Positions 50,362-62,809 of a stretch of DNA of 64,000 nt are shown here, one piece after another. Positions within the stretch are counted from its first letter, which is position 1, and every line of letters begins with the position of its first letter. The position numbers were made by a program, and so were the translations under genes. Source of the DNA: Thalia democratica. Lineage: Eukaryota. Location of the stretch: contig OZ241829.1 of assembly GCA_965202585.1 (NCBI GenBank), forward strand, positions 73,656,001 through 73,720,000. The letters run 5' to 3'. The notes under the pieces were generated by a model. That model did not search any database and was not told the DNA's origin. It worked only from the letters and a program-made list of their open reading frames with translations.

Positions 50362-50707
50362 CTAAAGAGTTCATGATTGAATGATTACAAAGGAGAAAGA
50401 AATTGTACATTCACATACATAACCGCAGTGGACAACTAAAAGTCATAACCAATCGCAAGTCTGTTTAAAGGTTTTGGTACATATAAAAAGAATCTCTACG
50501 TGTCTGTGTAGATTATACTAGGCTTTCAAATAATTTCCGTGAGATCGTAGTTAAACAAATTATCTTAATTTTATTTTTATAAAATAACGAAAAAACATCA
50601 GAAGTAGTAATTCTTAACGATACTTATTTCATCAGAGACAAAGTCTTGCAACACAAAACTTAATTGTGATAACTTAAATAACATTGATTATAGATATGAA
50701 AACTTAC

Positions 50708-50786
50708 TTGGAGTGTTTGCTTTGTCCCACCAACTGATTCCCAAGATTGACGCCAGCTTAAAAAAACTTTTGCTTTCTCCCTGCAA
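50708..50786 (-). pseudogene. Exon 2 copy (79 nt, +1 in T run)
   Basis: Canonical splice sites. Confidence 0.6.
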
Positions 50787-51649
50787 CTGTGGAAAATTTA
50801 ACATTTTTAAATATTTAGCTTCAAGTAAGTTCTAGCTTTATATTTCATTTGAGGGTTAAAAAGTTTTGAAAACTCATTTATAAGTTTTTTACTTTAATAG
50901 ATACATTTAAAGTTAACATAAAAGTTAACAGTTTAAAATATTTAGATTCAAGTAAGTTTTAAATTTATATTTAATTACAGTGGTACAGTATTATAATACA
51001 GTAGTTGCAACGTTATATTCAATTACGTGCTGGCTAACTGCAATGTTTAAAAACATTATTTTGAAGTAGTTAAACATAAGTATTTATATTTAAGTTTATA
51101 TTTAATTTAGATAAAATATTCAAAACTTGTCTGATGATGTTATTACACTTAGCAGCTTATTTTGATACTTTTACTTCATTATACGTAAAACAAAATAAAT
51201 CATTATTTAAATAGATATAGAAAATGTATTTTCTTTAATCTACAGCTTCGATATAAGTTTTAAAACGTTCAAAGTTTAAATATTTATTAAAATAACGAAG
51301 TTTTATCACAAAAATACATTTTAACTTATTTCTTTTATCTTCAAAAAGATTTACTTATTTAGTAAACTATTACAGCTTGAGACTTTAAAAAATTGTAAAA
51401 TTTATAAAACATTAGATTTATAGTTTTTAGAACTTTATTTAAAAATATAAAATTTTTAACTGACAACTAAAATTTTCTCAAGGTATAATTTTAACTTTAA
51501 AGTAACATTTTATCTGAAGTTGTTAAGACTTTCGTTAAAATTATAAAAGTTATGACTAACAGTGCTAGAATAATATACTTTAAAGTATTAGTAGCTTTGA
51601 ATGTTTGTCAGTAAAATGTGCAAAAGAGATCAATAAAAATTTGTAGCAA

Positions 51650-52050
51650 CAAGCCGAGCGTAAAAAAGATGGCGAACATGTTTAAGACAGAATAAGTTCG
51701 CAAATTTTTTTAACTCAAAACTGCAACTTCAATGTCTAAAAGTTTATTGACGTCACAAAGCTTCAGCTCGAAGAAAAAGTCGTTTGTTACGTCACAAACG
51801 ACACCCCCGAGCAGCCGAAGCGCTGAAGCTTCAGAGTTCAGACATGCTGAGCCGCGCTTGGCGACCCTTCAAATAAGCTATTGTGCAGAACGCAAGAGAT
51901 TAAGTAAAGCAATAAGCATCTACTTGGAGGGTTACTCTAACTGTGAAGATGCCCTACTGCTGCGCTTTCGTCGTGACGTCACTAAAAAGTAATTTTAAAA
52001 TATGACGAAAAGAAAAAAATGTGAGAGAACTTTTAACGCTGACTTGGTCT
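51650..52050. promoter_or_regulatory. P block copy (right end of array)
   Basis: GCCGAGCGTAAAAAAGATGGCG, and TGACGTCA twice. Confidence 0.45.
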
Positions 52051-52389
52051 TCCCTTTCGCAACTTTAATTTTAGTTTTTTGTTTAACTGATAAAGCACCA
52101 AAGTTTTAAAAAGATTAACTTTTAGTTAATAAATGTGCATTACTTTTACACAAGATGGGAAACATTCGCATTTATTTAATCTACGTAACATTTATTCTAT
52201 AAATGACATACTGATTACCAATACTTTTATAACTTGTTTTTAGTTCACCAGTTGCTATTGAAAGAAGAAGGTTACACAAAGAATAAAAAACACTGCAAGA
52301 AAACCAATATATCTTTTTTACATTTTTAAACCTAAACAGTAAATTACATTATTTATTGATATTTAAAAATATCAAAATAAAAAGTTTTG

Positions 52390-52473
52390 TTCGACGGGCC
52401 AAAATTACATGGTCACGGGCCGCAGTCTATTTAAAATAAAAACGTGCTCGCGGGCCGCAGTTACCGACCCCTG
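52390..52473. mobile_element. Solo right end of hAT/Buster-type element
   Basis: GCGGGCCGCAG...CCGACCCCTG matches the end at 15663; no left TIR was seen. Confidence 0.7.
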
Positions 52474-53357
52474 GTTTAAAACATTATGAAGATGCAAATC
52501 AACCGTATTTGTTAAAAAAGAAAAGAAAAAATTTTATAAAAATAAAAATAATAATTTAAAAATTAACTATTTAATTAGTACTTTTTAACTTAAAATCAAA
52601 TATAGAGCACAATTCAAGCTATTTTTGTTGAAGAAGAAGTTTTCAAGCTTAAAAATATTCCTCAAGCTAAAGATTGCTGATTAAAGACCGTACCTTACCC
52701 ACTCATAGTTTAAGTATTGTGTTCATACTATTTAGTTAACGACGAACTTAAGGCCATACAAAAGCTCATTTCCTTAATTTTGTTGCATGTACTACAGTGC
52801 GAAAAAATCATTATAAATAGGTTAAAACCATTGATCAAAAATAAAACCATGCAACAAGTTAATAAATACAACATTAACTTACTTGAACTTTTCCACTCCA
52901 AACAAAATCCTCCCTTGTCTTGATTCCGTCCAAGTACTGAAAAAAATGTTGACCAAAGTTTAAAGTTTATATGTTAATGAGGTCTGGTTGGCTATTAAAA
53001 CATAGTTGAAGTTTTTTGTTGGAATTTTGCGAAACTTTAGTAATGTTTTAATATTCTCTATTGACTAGTAGAGTTAAAATGTTATACAAACAAAAACATA
53101 GCAAATTTTGACACTTATGTATCTAATAAATGAAAAATATACTTAAACTATATTTACTTAAAAATCACACTACAAAAATACAATAGACTTATCTTAGCGA
53201 TTTATTTTAAACTCAGTTTAAGCATTTTAAACTTCTTTATTAAAATTTTCAAATAATCTTAAATTTTGTTCTGAAAATGTTTAAAACTTGTCTTACCTTA
53301 CCAGTGGTTATTAAACTTGAACATATGATTCTTTGTAAAAGCCACACTAAATTTCAG

Positions 53358-53428
53358 TGCAACGATGACAAAAACGAAGATCTCGACGACGTAAAAAACA
53401 GCAGTAATTTTTCGCGGTACAAGTGTAT
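53358..53428 (+). other. Possible isolated exon (CNDDKNEDLDDVKNSSNFSRYKC)
   Basis: atttcag acceptor, gtaagt donor and a single open frame. Confidence 0.3.
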
Positions 53429-53938
53429 GTAAGTTTGAAACCCTACTTTTAAAGCTTTGCGCGCGATCGATTGAAAACTAAAACTGTTTTTAACAAGATC
53501 TTTCAGATTATCCACAACATCCATCACTAGATGGCGGAGGCAGCTTTCCTCGGGAAAACAAACCCATTCATCTTAATTAACCTCGTTAAAAACAATCATT
53601 TAATTTTTTTAAATATCATGTTATCGCGTAATTTCGGTGTTAAATACGTCATAGAGATCAAACACTAAGCTCTGTTACGTCACACTGAAGTTTGTTGGTG
53701 GCGAACACTCAGATTAAATTTCTTCTGTATTCTGAGACCTGCAAATTAAAAAAAAAGTTTTAAGTTTTTTTAATTTTCCACAGCAAGCTAATCGCAATAA
53801 AAACTAAAGTACAGTTTTTAAGGTTCAGTTTCAGGTAAAAAATATGCTTGTTGATGTGCAAAACTAAATTTGTATGTTAACATATTAAACTAGGATTGGA
53901 TAGTCATAAAACTTTTTTTATAAAGTTACATTCTAGCA

Positions 53939-54641
53939 TAGGGGTGGGCAACGTACGGCCCGGGAGCCGGATCCGGCCCGCGGAGTGAAAATGACCGGCT
54001 TCCGACCGTTTTCTAAACTTTAATGGGATCCGGCCCGCAAATGAAAATGACCAGCCTGCGAGTAAAATGACAGACCCGCGAAGGGTCAATATTACAAAAC
54101 TTTCATAAATATCTTTTTAATACTTTTACAAAACAAAACTGTAAGAATTTGGCTTTTAAAACATGCTAAAAAATGACTTTATAAATTTATGTACTAATAA
54201 ATACACCATTTTGTCCTAATATTTTTGTTTTTCTAACTTAGTTATAATATCTTTTTGCTGAACTACCCCAAGCAAGGTTTTTCTTTAAGTACGATATTTG
54301 TCAATTACAATGTCAATTATATTTATAGAAATTATTTAAACATCTGACACGTCTCAATCTTAAGTTGTCAAATTTGAGAAAGTTTTGTGAATTTGAAGGA
54401 TTCAAAAAAGTGATTAACTGTATCCATAAAATTAGAATCCAGCCGGATCCAAAACTTTTTTGAATCGGATCCGGATTTCTACTTAAAATTAGTATTGAGT
54501 CGGATTCGGATCTAAAAAGTCATATTTCGGCTGGATCCAGATACTGAATCCGGTAAATCACTAATTCGAAATGCTCCGGCCCGCAAAAGACTTAATTTTT
54601 CCGGATCCGGCCCGTTAATTGAAAAACGTTGCCCAACCCTA
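53939..54641. mobile_element. hAT-type MITE (703 bp) with GGATCCGG/GGCCCG repeats
   Basis: TIRs TAGGGGTGGGCAAC / GTTGCCCAACCCTA; 8-bp TSD TTCTAGCA (53931-53938 and 54642-54649). Confidence 0.9.
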
Positions 54642-54823
54642 TTCTAGCACACATAATATTTTTTGAGCACATACAACTACATTGCGCCAATGAAGTTCGT
54701 TTAAATTGGTTTGTCTCATTTAAGTTTAACGTACCTGGTAAGTGTGACTCTAGATGTCTAGATACCATCTTTATTTACAGTTGTGAAGACAGAACAGGCT
54801 CATCCTGACATCGTCAGTCAGTT

Positions 54824-55075
54824 CTAAATACTAGAACAGAGAAAATTTGTTAGTAGGCAAATGGAGGAGCCCATTAATCGCCGGACGTTGCATCGTTCTG
54901 CTTGGGTGAACATCGGAGGCCTTTCTGGCTCGCGTCGCGACGAGGGCTGCATCCGGTTGGTGGGCTGACTGGTTGGTGGAGTTATTCGCAAAATAGCTCT
55001 TCTTCGCAAGTTTTCTTCAAAATTTCTAATTGACGCTTCTCTCAGCCAGTGGACTCTATAGGCTTGACCATCATC
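54824..55075 (-). other. GC-rich coding-like fragment (…GQAYRVHWLREASIRNFEENLRRRAILRITPPTSQPTNRMQPSSRREPERP…)
   Basis: More than 80 codons are open on the minus strand. The plus strand is also nearly open, so the strand is ambiguous. Confidence 0.3.
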
Positions 55076-56540
55076 TTATGTGTACTTGAAGAATAATTAT
55101 TTTTTATTTTATGTTATTAAGCTTCGTAAAAAATATTTTGTCAAGGTTTAAATATGCTAAATTATAGTACCTATTAAGTTTTGTCAATTAGTCACTTTAA
55201 TTAATTCAGAATTGTTATTTATTTTACCAGTATACAAGTTATAATTGTTATATTATTTAAGTTTAGTCAAAATCTGATATAACACAATTTTGCTATTTTA
55301 AGCTTAACCTTTTAAATATTTATAGTTTATATTTTTTTTTAATGGTTTGTTATACCACGTTTATTTTTACATTTTTCAAAACCCAGTAATTTAAACATTT
55401 TTTTTTTTTTTTCCTTCTTTTAGTTTATTAAGTTGGTAAAGTTTTTTAGCAATATAAACTTTAAACTCAATTATTTTTTTTTCTAGTGACCAATTTTAAT
55501 TTTCCTATTAATTAGCTAATTATTCAATAAAAACAAATTAACCACATAATCTTTTGATAATATAGTAATTAACCTTTTACAGTTTTATTTAGTCATGTTT
55601 ATAAACATGGTTGTATAACGATTTATTTTTCAAGTTTAGCAGCGACTATAACAAATCACTAATTGTTGATATAGTTAAGTCAGTATGATACTTTGTTTCA
55701 CGATTGCCATGAATTCTTATGAATAAATGTTCGTAAATCTAGCGCTTTTAATGTCACAATTGGGCTTGTTATACTTCTTTGCAATATTAATAAAAAGTAT
55801 GTCTTATTTTTTGTATGCCTAACTAAAACTTACAAAAACTACAAGGTTCGTTTGAAACAGAAAGTATTTGAAACCAGTTTATACAGTACGGTGTTTTTAT
55901 TATATAATGATTAAAAACTCATTTGTTATGATATTTTTAATAAAAGTAAATTTTTAAAAACAAGGATTAATCTAATATATGTTATAACTATAATTCATAT
56001 TTTAGGACGAAGATAGTTTTAAAACATTTAAAATTAAATGTATTGGTTAATATTTTAACTGTTCTTCTAATTAAAACACAAAAAAGATGTTCATTATTAG
56101 TTTGTTAAAAAAAAATTAAATGTAATTTATAGTTTTAATATTCGGATATTAAAGAAATTTTATAATAGATTACATTTAAAGTTTTAATACAATATTTGTA
56201 GTTTTAATGAAATCAAATTCATTGATACACAGTTCACTTTGATACAAACAAGATAATCCAGCATGTGAAAAGAGCATTTTGTTACAACTTCTATATTACA
56301 TTTAAAAAACATAACTCTACTTTTTATGATAAATTGTTAACTAACTTGTTTGTAGTTGAGTATTTTCAAAACATTTAGTTTTGATAAAAAATTTAACTTA
56401 GTTATTAATCTGAAAAATGATCAGAGCTTTTGGTGTATGTATTAATGTATATACTGATTTGAGTGGATGTGATCAATTTTTTCCAATATTTTTTAAATCC
56501 CTAATTAATTATTAAAATTGTTATTAAAATTTAATTTACA

Positions 56541-56948
56541 TTTTAAACTATGTAAAGTGACATAATGTATTTGAAAAGCTAGCTGAAAGATGCACTTCTG
56601 TTAAAAGGACAGTTTTGCTTCAAAACTAGAACCATACTTGATAAATTTGCCACCAAATTTTTATGAAATTTTTTATTTGTACTATTGGAGGCTTCCTATA
56701 ATCCAAGACCTCAAGTTTTCAAGAAATTATAATTTGACAAAAAACAAATAAAAGATGTCTTTTTTATTTTGATACGCTTAAATTTTTTATAAGAAATTTT
56801 TTGAAGGTTTTCTATAGTAAGCATAACAACTTTGTAATGAAAAAATTAGTATTTTTGTCTATAATGAGGTTCTGAGCTGTACTTTTAAAAGAAGTGCATC
56901 TTTCAGCTAGCTTTTCAAATATATAGTATCACCATACATAGTTTAAAA
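56541..56948. mobile_element. MITE with long inverted arms
   Basis: 32-bp perfect inverted repeat (56568-56599 / 56890-56921), plus outer TTTTAAACTATGTA / TACATAGTTTAAAA. Confidence 0.8.
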
Positions 56949-57929
56949 AAAATAACTGTACTTTTTATGATCAATTGTTAACTAAAATGTTTATATTTAG
57001 TATTTTAAAAACAATATGTTTTGATAAAAAAGTTAACTTAGTTTTTAATCAAGTTTAAAAATCAAAATTAAAAACTAAGTTTTATGAGCAAATACTAACT
57101 AACTTATTAATAGTTACATATCTTCAAAACAATGTTATGGCAGATAAATAACTTAATTTGAAGTTTATCAAAAATCTTTTAGATTGAAAACATAGTTGAG
57201 CTTCAAGGTATATGTATATATTTATATACAATTTTTTAGGTTAAAAAAAAGCTGTAATTGTGCAAACTGCACTGTAAGTGTCCTCCCAAAAGTAATGTAT
57301 TAGATAACCAAGCATTTTTATTTAAAAAATAATTTTAACAACAGTGTTTTTTGTTTTTTTTTACTACAAAAAGATAGAAAAATCTTATTTTCTTAAAAGA
57401 TTTCATTTTAGTTTAGTTTATTTTTGTTGTATTAAAGTAGAATAAATTTAAATATGCCTAACACACTTAGCTAGTTTTTTTTTTATTTGGATTCCATAGA
57501 TTTAAAGAACTTATTCTGCAAAAGTTAAGAAAGAGAAAAGATTTTTAAAATTATATATTTAAAAAAAAAAGCTTTAATTTTGCAGCATCTAAAAAAGTTA
57601 AAAAGTAGTTTATTTTTTAACATATTTTCAATATACAGAAGGTTATAAATTTTGATATTGGCATCGTTAACTGAATATAAAACTGAAATATAAAAATGAT
57701 CCTGTAGAAAGATATAAACGTTGTCAATGATAATATTTTTAACAATGAGAAAGGCAAGTTTTGGTATATAAAGACTAAAATTTTGTGTAGAACTTGTCTC
57801 TTAACTTTAAATAATGTACATTATATGACATAGTTTTATCACATTTATGTTATGTTTAACTGTTGGTTTATTTTTATTTAGTTTATAAATTATATTAATC
57901 GCATATTCATATGCCATTAGCAAAAACTC

Positions 57930-58130
57930 AACATTAAGGACAAAGCAAATTTTAGGCAGTAATTTTCAGGTAAACTTGTTAACAAATTCACACCACTTGG
58001 AGCAGCATACGATTACGTAATTTACGCATCAATGATTTCAGCCTGCATTTTCACAGACTAACCATAAAGTAAGTGTCGCTCGTTTTTATTTCTTTCGTAT
58101 CGCCGACGTCTAGTCGCTCAGCGGTTAAAT
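57930..58130. repeat. Element F copy 1 (partner ~60120-60270)
   Basis: Shares CACCACT.GAG, CGATTACGTAATT.ACGCAT and TCGTATCGCCG...TCTAGTCGCTCAGC with the partner. Confidence 0.75.
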
Positions 58131-58589
58131 GCAAATTTTTCGTATTTTCAATTTTGATTGGATAAAAAAAATTAAATGGTTTTGATTGGTTTAAAATTTA
58201 TTTTGTTGCTTATTGTTGTTTTGTTTCAGTTTATTATCGTAATGTGAAACAATACTTGTTTTATATTTTACCTCTACTTTTACATACAAATAACCTATTT
58301 TAAATTAAAGTGATTGATATCTAAGTATAAACTTACTAATTGATTACAACTTCTAAGTAAATAAATAAACATACTTTGTTTCTTTGAATTATTTTTTTAT
58401 TATAACAAATGGCTGTAAATAAAAAAAAAATTATTTTGGTTACTTTTATACTAATTAAACTTAACTTGAACATCAAAAATGAATTATTGTAATCTTACAA
58501 AGTTTTTTGAGGAGTAATTAAAAAGTTAAAGATATAAGTACGATTTGTTTTCATTAAGACATCAATATTTTTTTTAATTGTATCAGACA

Positions 58590-60500
58590 AGATGAATGGA
58601 AAAAAACCAAAAAATTGTTACCTAAAGCATCGAAAAGCGCGAATCGGTATGTCTCGGCGCTTGAGATAATATAGAGATAATAAAAATGAGCAATTGAAAT
58701 GTGCGAAAGTGTAAAAGTTGATTATTGCGCAGGTGGTTGTGTAATTTGCTCTTTTGCTCCTTATGAGCGTCTTAAGCAACTTTCAAAAAATTATTTTATT
58801 TATCGAATCTTTTATTGCTTTAACAAATTTAAAACACTTTGTTACACAGATTTAAACTTAATTGAACTGTTAGTAAATTAAAAATATACTATAAAATAAT
58901 CTCTAACTATTCGCGATTATTGACTGTTATTAATGGATTTTTTTTGATTTGTTTTTACTTTAATGACAAACTATTGATGTTAATATACAATTAAGTTAAA
59001 AAATTTTGATTTTGAATGATTATCAAAAACTTTGAAGCGATATTAAACTTCTACCATAATGACATTTAAGTTTCTACAAAAAATTAAACATCATTTCCAT
59101 CAAGCATAAAAAACATTTTTTCAAAATAGATAGAGTTCAATGGAAAAAACCCAAAAAAAAATTCATCAAGCAAACGCTCCACCGTGCGAATCGGTAGAAG
59201 AGAAAACATAAAGATAGTTAGAGCGAGCAATTTTAAGTGCGAAAGTGAAAAAAGTGGTTTGTTTCCGCCGGTGGTCATGCAATTTTGCTCGTAATTATGA
59301 GGCGTCTTGTAAAATTTATGATAATTTAATCAATTTGTACTCTTATTATCAAACTGGTAGAAAAATTTTCATGTTAAAAATTTTTACATACTTGTCATGT
59401 AATTTTATTAGCTCCTATCAGTTAAAATACTGTTTTCAGTGCACAAACAACGAAGGAAATTAGTTATGATTTTAATGAAATAGTTTTATAGCTTCAGTTA
59501 AACGGATTTTTAAAAGCAATTTTAAGTTTTTACATGTAAGATTTATTGCACCAGACCAGGTGAATGGAAAAAACCCAAAATTTTTTGCTCAAATACCGAG
59601 ATGCGCGAATCGACACGTCTCGCCACCAGAGATAATACAAAGATAATAAGAGTGAGCAGTTTTAAGTGCGAAAGTGAAAAAATGGAATATTTCGCCGGTG
59701 GTCATTACGTAATCTTGCTCTTTTGCTACCGAATGAGCCTCTAAAGCAATTTTTGAGAAATGATTTTGTTAAATCAAAATTATTTTATCAAACTGATATA
59801 AGTTAAATCAAACCGCTAGTAAGTTAAAGTTGTATTTTGAAATAATCTTAAACTATTCGCAGTTTTTGGTCGTAGTTAATGATAGTGACTTTTTAGCAAC
59901 ATTATTTTTGTCTGTTTAATTACTGTTTATTAATAAATATATTTATAATTAAGTAACAAAAGTTCGAGCTTATTAATGATTATATAGCAGTATTTAACGT
60001 CTACCATAATGAAAGTTCAGTTCCTAAAGAAGTACAAACAACGTTTCCAAAATACATAAAACAATTTAATCAACAATAGTGCAATAATTATCAAATTGAG
60101 TTTCAATATTAAGGATAGAGCGAAAATTGGGCGGTTAATTTCAGGTGCGTTTCTTAACAAGTGTTCACCACTAGAGTGCGTTGTTCGATTACGTAATTCA
60201 CGCATGACTGATTTCGGCACACACTTAATCACTTTAACTCTCTCGTATCGCCGCTGTCTAGTCGCTCAGCAGTAGAATTTAGAGTTCAATGGAAAAAACC
60301 CATAAAACTTTTTTTTTCACCAAGCAAACGCTCTACCGTGCGAATCGGTACAAGAGAAAATACAAAGATAATAAAAGTGAGCAGCTATAAGTGCGAAAGT
60401 GATAAAAGTGATTTATTTCCGCCGGTGGTCATGTAATTTTGCTATGTTGCTCGTAATTAAGAGGCGTCTTGAAAATTTATGATAATTTGATCAAATTACA
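58590..60500. repeat. Four copies of ~200-bp element E (58590, 59132, 59560, 60281)
   Basis: Shared AATGGAAAAAACC, GCGAATCG, GAGCA, AAGTGCGAAAGTG and CGCCGGTGGTCAT cores. Confidence 0.85.
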
Positions 60501-61573
60501 CTGATATTGTCAAACTGGTGGAAAAATTAATATGTTAGAAATTTTTTTATTGACTTCAATTACGGAATGAAATTAACATTTAATAAACATTAATAATAAA
60601 CTTAATTAGTTTTTACACCTGCTTTAATTCAGAAAAATTAAAATTCCTTCAATAAAATTTATTTATTCAACAATGTGCTTAAACTAGGTGTTATATTTGC
60701 TTACAATTATTATCTAAAGCTAAGTATAAATTAAGCTTTAAATCTTATATCTTTTAAATCTTAATTTTATTTTTAGCAGTAGTCTGATAAAAATCATAAA
60801 TTAAATAGTTTTTAAAATAAATTCAAACCACATTTGTTACTAGTCATTGTCAATTTATTTCTAGACCTAATTAATTGTGGTCCATATTGCTAATCTTATT
60901 TCACATTTAACGAGTTTATCAGTGTTTAAAATACAATTTCAGGCAAGATTTGAATTAAATGGTATTAGAGTAATAATGTAACTAAGTTAATAATTTTTAC
61001 TAAACAAAAGTTTCAATGTCACTTTTATGCAGCTTTACCTTTAGCTGAAACAAATTTTGGCACAAACACACGTAACTCTTTTTAATTTTTCACTTAAAAC
61101 TGTTATAAACTCATATCTTATCAGAGCTTTGTTACAGTGGCAGTTGTATTATACTGTGCTTATTTTTTAAATGTGTTGTTTTATTTATAATCAATCAAAA
61201 ACACTAACTTTTTACTCATCTAAAAGCTTTTGTCAGTAGCTTGTTTGGGTTTAAGTGTTGTTGTAAGTATATTCTGTTGAGGTTGGGCGGCTTCCTGTGT
61301 CAAAAACTTCTGTTATTTACAGTTAAAAAAAAACAATGTAGTTGTAAAAACTTACTTATACTTGAATAACAGTATGACACTTTCCTAGATTTATCAAGTT
61401 TTATTGGTTATCAATTAGTTTTTTCTACTGCTAAATTTTAATTTAAGCTTTGTATATTTTTTACTATTCTTTATTTTTACATAGCCATACATAAACACTA
61501 TTTTTAAATTACTTACCAATAAAGTTTTTTTTGTTAAAGACAGCATTAGCTATAATAAACTAGTCCTATACAG

Positions 61574-61818
61574 CAGGTTTCCCAAACTTTTTTTCATAAG
61601 GCCTTTTTAAACAAAAAAACTATGGCCCCCCAAACAATAATTTTCATAAAAGGTAATGTTGAATACGCATAATACCTTTTTTTGCTGTTCATCATGAACT
61701 CAAGAATATCTAAAGTAAGTTTCACATTACGACCTCATTGCTCCCCCTGAGCCTCTTTACAAGTCACGCCCCCCTCCCCTCATTTGGCCCCTTTGAAGGC
61801 CCACTTTAGTAAACCCTG
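61574..61818. mobile_element. Old hAT-like MITE (partial second copy ~61960-62115)
   Basis: CAGGTTTCCCAAAC ... AGTAAACCCTG ends; flanks CTATACAG/CTTAACAG (6/8 match). Confidence 0.55.
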
Positions 61819-62139
61819 CTTAACAGTATTTACAAAATACAGACTGCATGTAGTACATAACTTTAAGCACGAAAACTTATTGTGCATTATTTTTTTAAAG
61901 CCAGTCTTTACTTAATCACAGCAGTATTTCTCAATTTCTTTTATAAGACTTTTTAAAAAAACACTATGGCCCTACAATAAGAGCTTCATAAGAATAATGT
62001 TAATTACGCCAAAGACTTTTTTTTTACTCTTCAACATCAACTCCAGAATATCTAGTGTAAGTTCCAAGGTACCCCCACATATTCTTTATTCACGCCCTCT
62101 CCCATTTGGCCCCTTTTAAACACTATTATTGCTTCACAG

Positions 62140-62558
62140 GTTGTTTATACAAAAATTTAATGTCAGTACCATTGGAATATGAAGACGCGACAATGCCTTA
62201 CAATTCATACAGCCTTCACACTTCAATGATGATGTTACAATTCATGTCCAACACAATTGATCAGGTATCAAACAGAAACAACTATGAGTTACGCCAGGAG
62301 AACGCTCGGTTGGAAGAACGAATAAGTTGGCGTCAGAACGCATCACGGGACTCCCTGTTGAGCGTGCTAGTGGTGATGAATGGTGAAAACGTGAAACGCA
62401 TGACGAATCAGGTGGATATGTTCAGAAACGGATCCAGGCCGGACTTTACGGACACGGAGAACTTCCTGAAAGAGATGGGAAACGCGTGTAGGAGTAGGGA
62501 CCCGCTCTACTACGGATACTTGGACTCTCCTGACCTTAAAAATCAGCTGCCGGTTGAG
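62140..62558 (+). CDS. Uncharacterised protein, exon a (…MSVPLEYEDATMPYNSYSLHTSMM…DPLYYGYLDSPDLKNQLPVE)
   Basis: cacag acceptor, 419 nt open, GAG|gtgatt donor (phase 0); coding-like GC content. Confidence 0.85.
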
Positions 62559-62809
62559 GTGATTTTTTTTACATTTATTTTTAGACTTCAAACTTAAAAA
62601 ACAGCTCAAAATATGATAATACTAATTTTAAACATTTTATTTTTCTATCAGTTAAATTAAAATACTTTTTGTTTTGCTTTTTTAAAAATAATATTTCAAA
62701 TATAAAAATTTTAGTCTTAACTACCACATATATTTTTAAACTTTTAACCAAAGAGCTTGTCTTTCATATCATTAAAGTATTGTGTAAAAATTTGTTGAAT
62801 CTTTATCAG

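Larger units (their letters stand above)
1..52060 (-). other. Tandem/patchwork array of ~12 related multi-exon cassettes (mostly pseudogenised)
   Basis: The same modules recur in the same order and orientation. For example, TTAGTTATAGTTTGACTAAGCAG occurs at 1, ~9011, ~26781, ~34874 and ~46093, and the exon ending ACACTCCAA|gtaag occurs 11 times. Confidence 0.85.

Noticed and set aside
50595-50645. C/D-box snoRNA (TGATGA...CTGA on minus)
   Set aside because: The boxes are too close together and are not conserved in the other ten copies.
51732-51992. 86-aa plus-strand ORF
   Set aside because: It lies within block P and is not conserved as an ORF in the other copies.
59181-59195. tRNA gene or tRNA-derived SINE (T-loop-like TGCGAAT)
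   Set aside because: No A-box, cloverleaf or poly-T terminator could be built around it.
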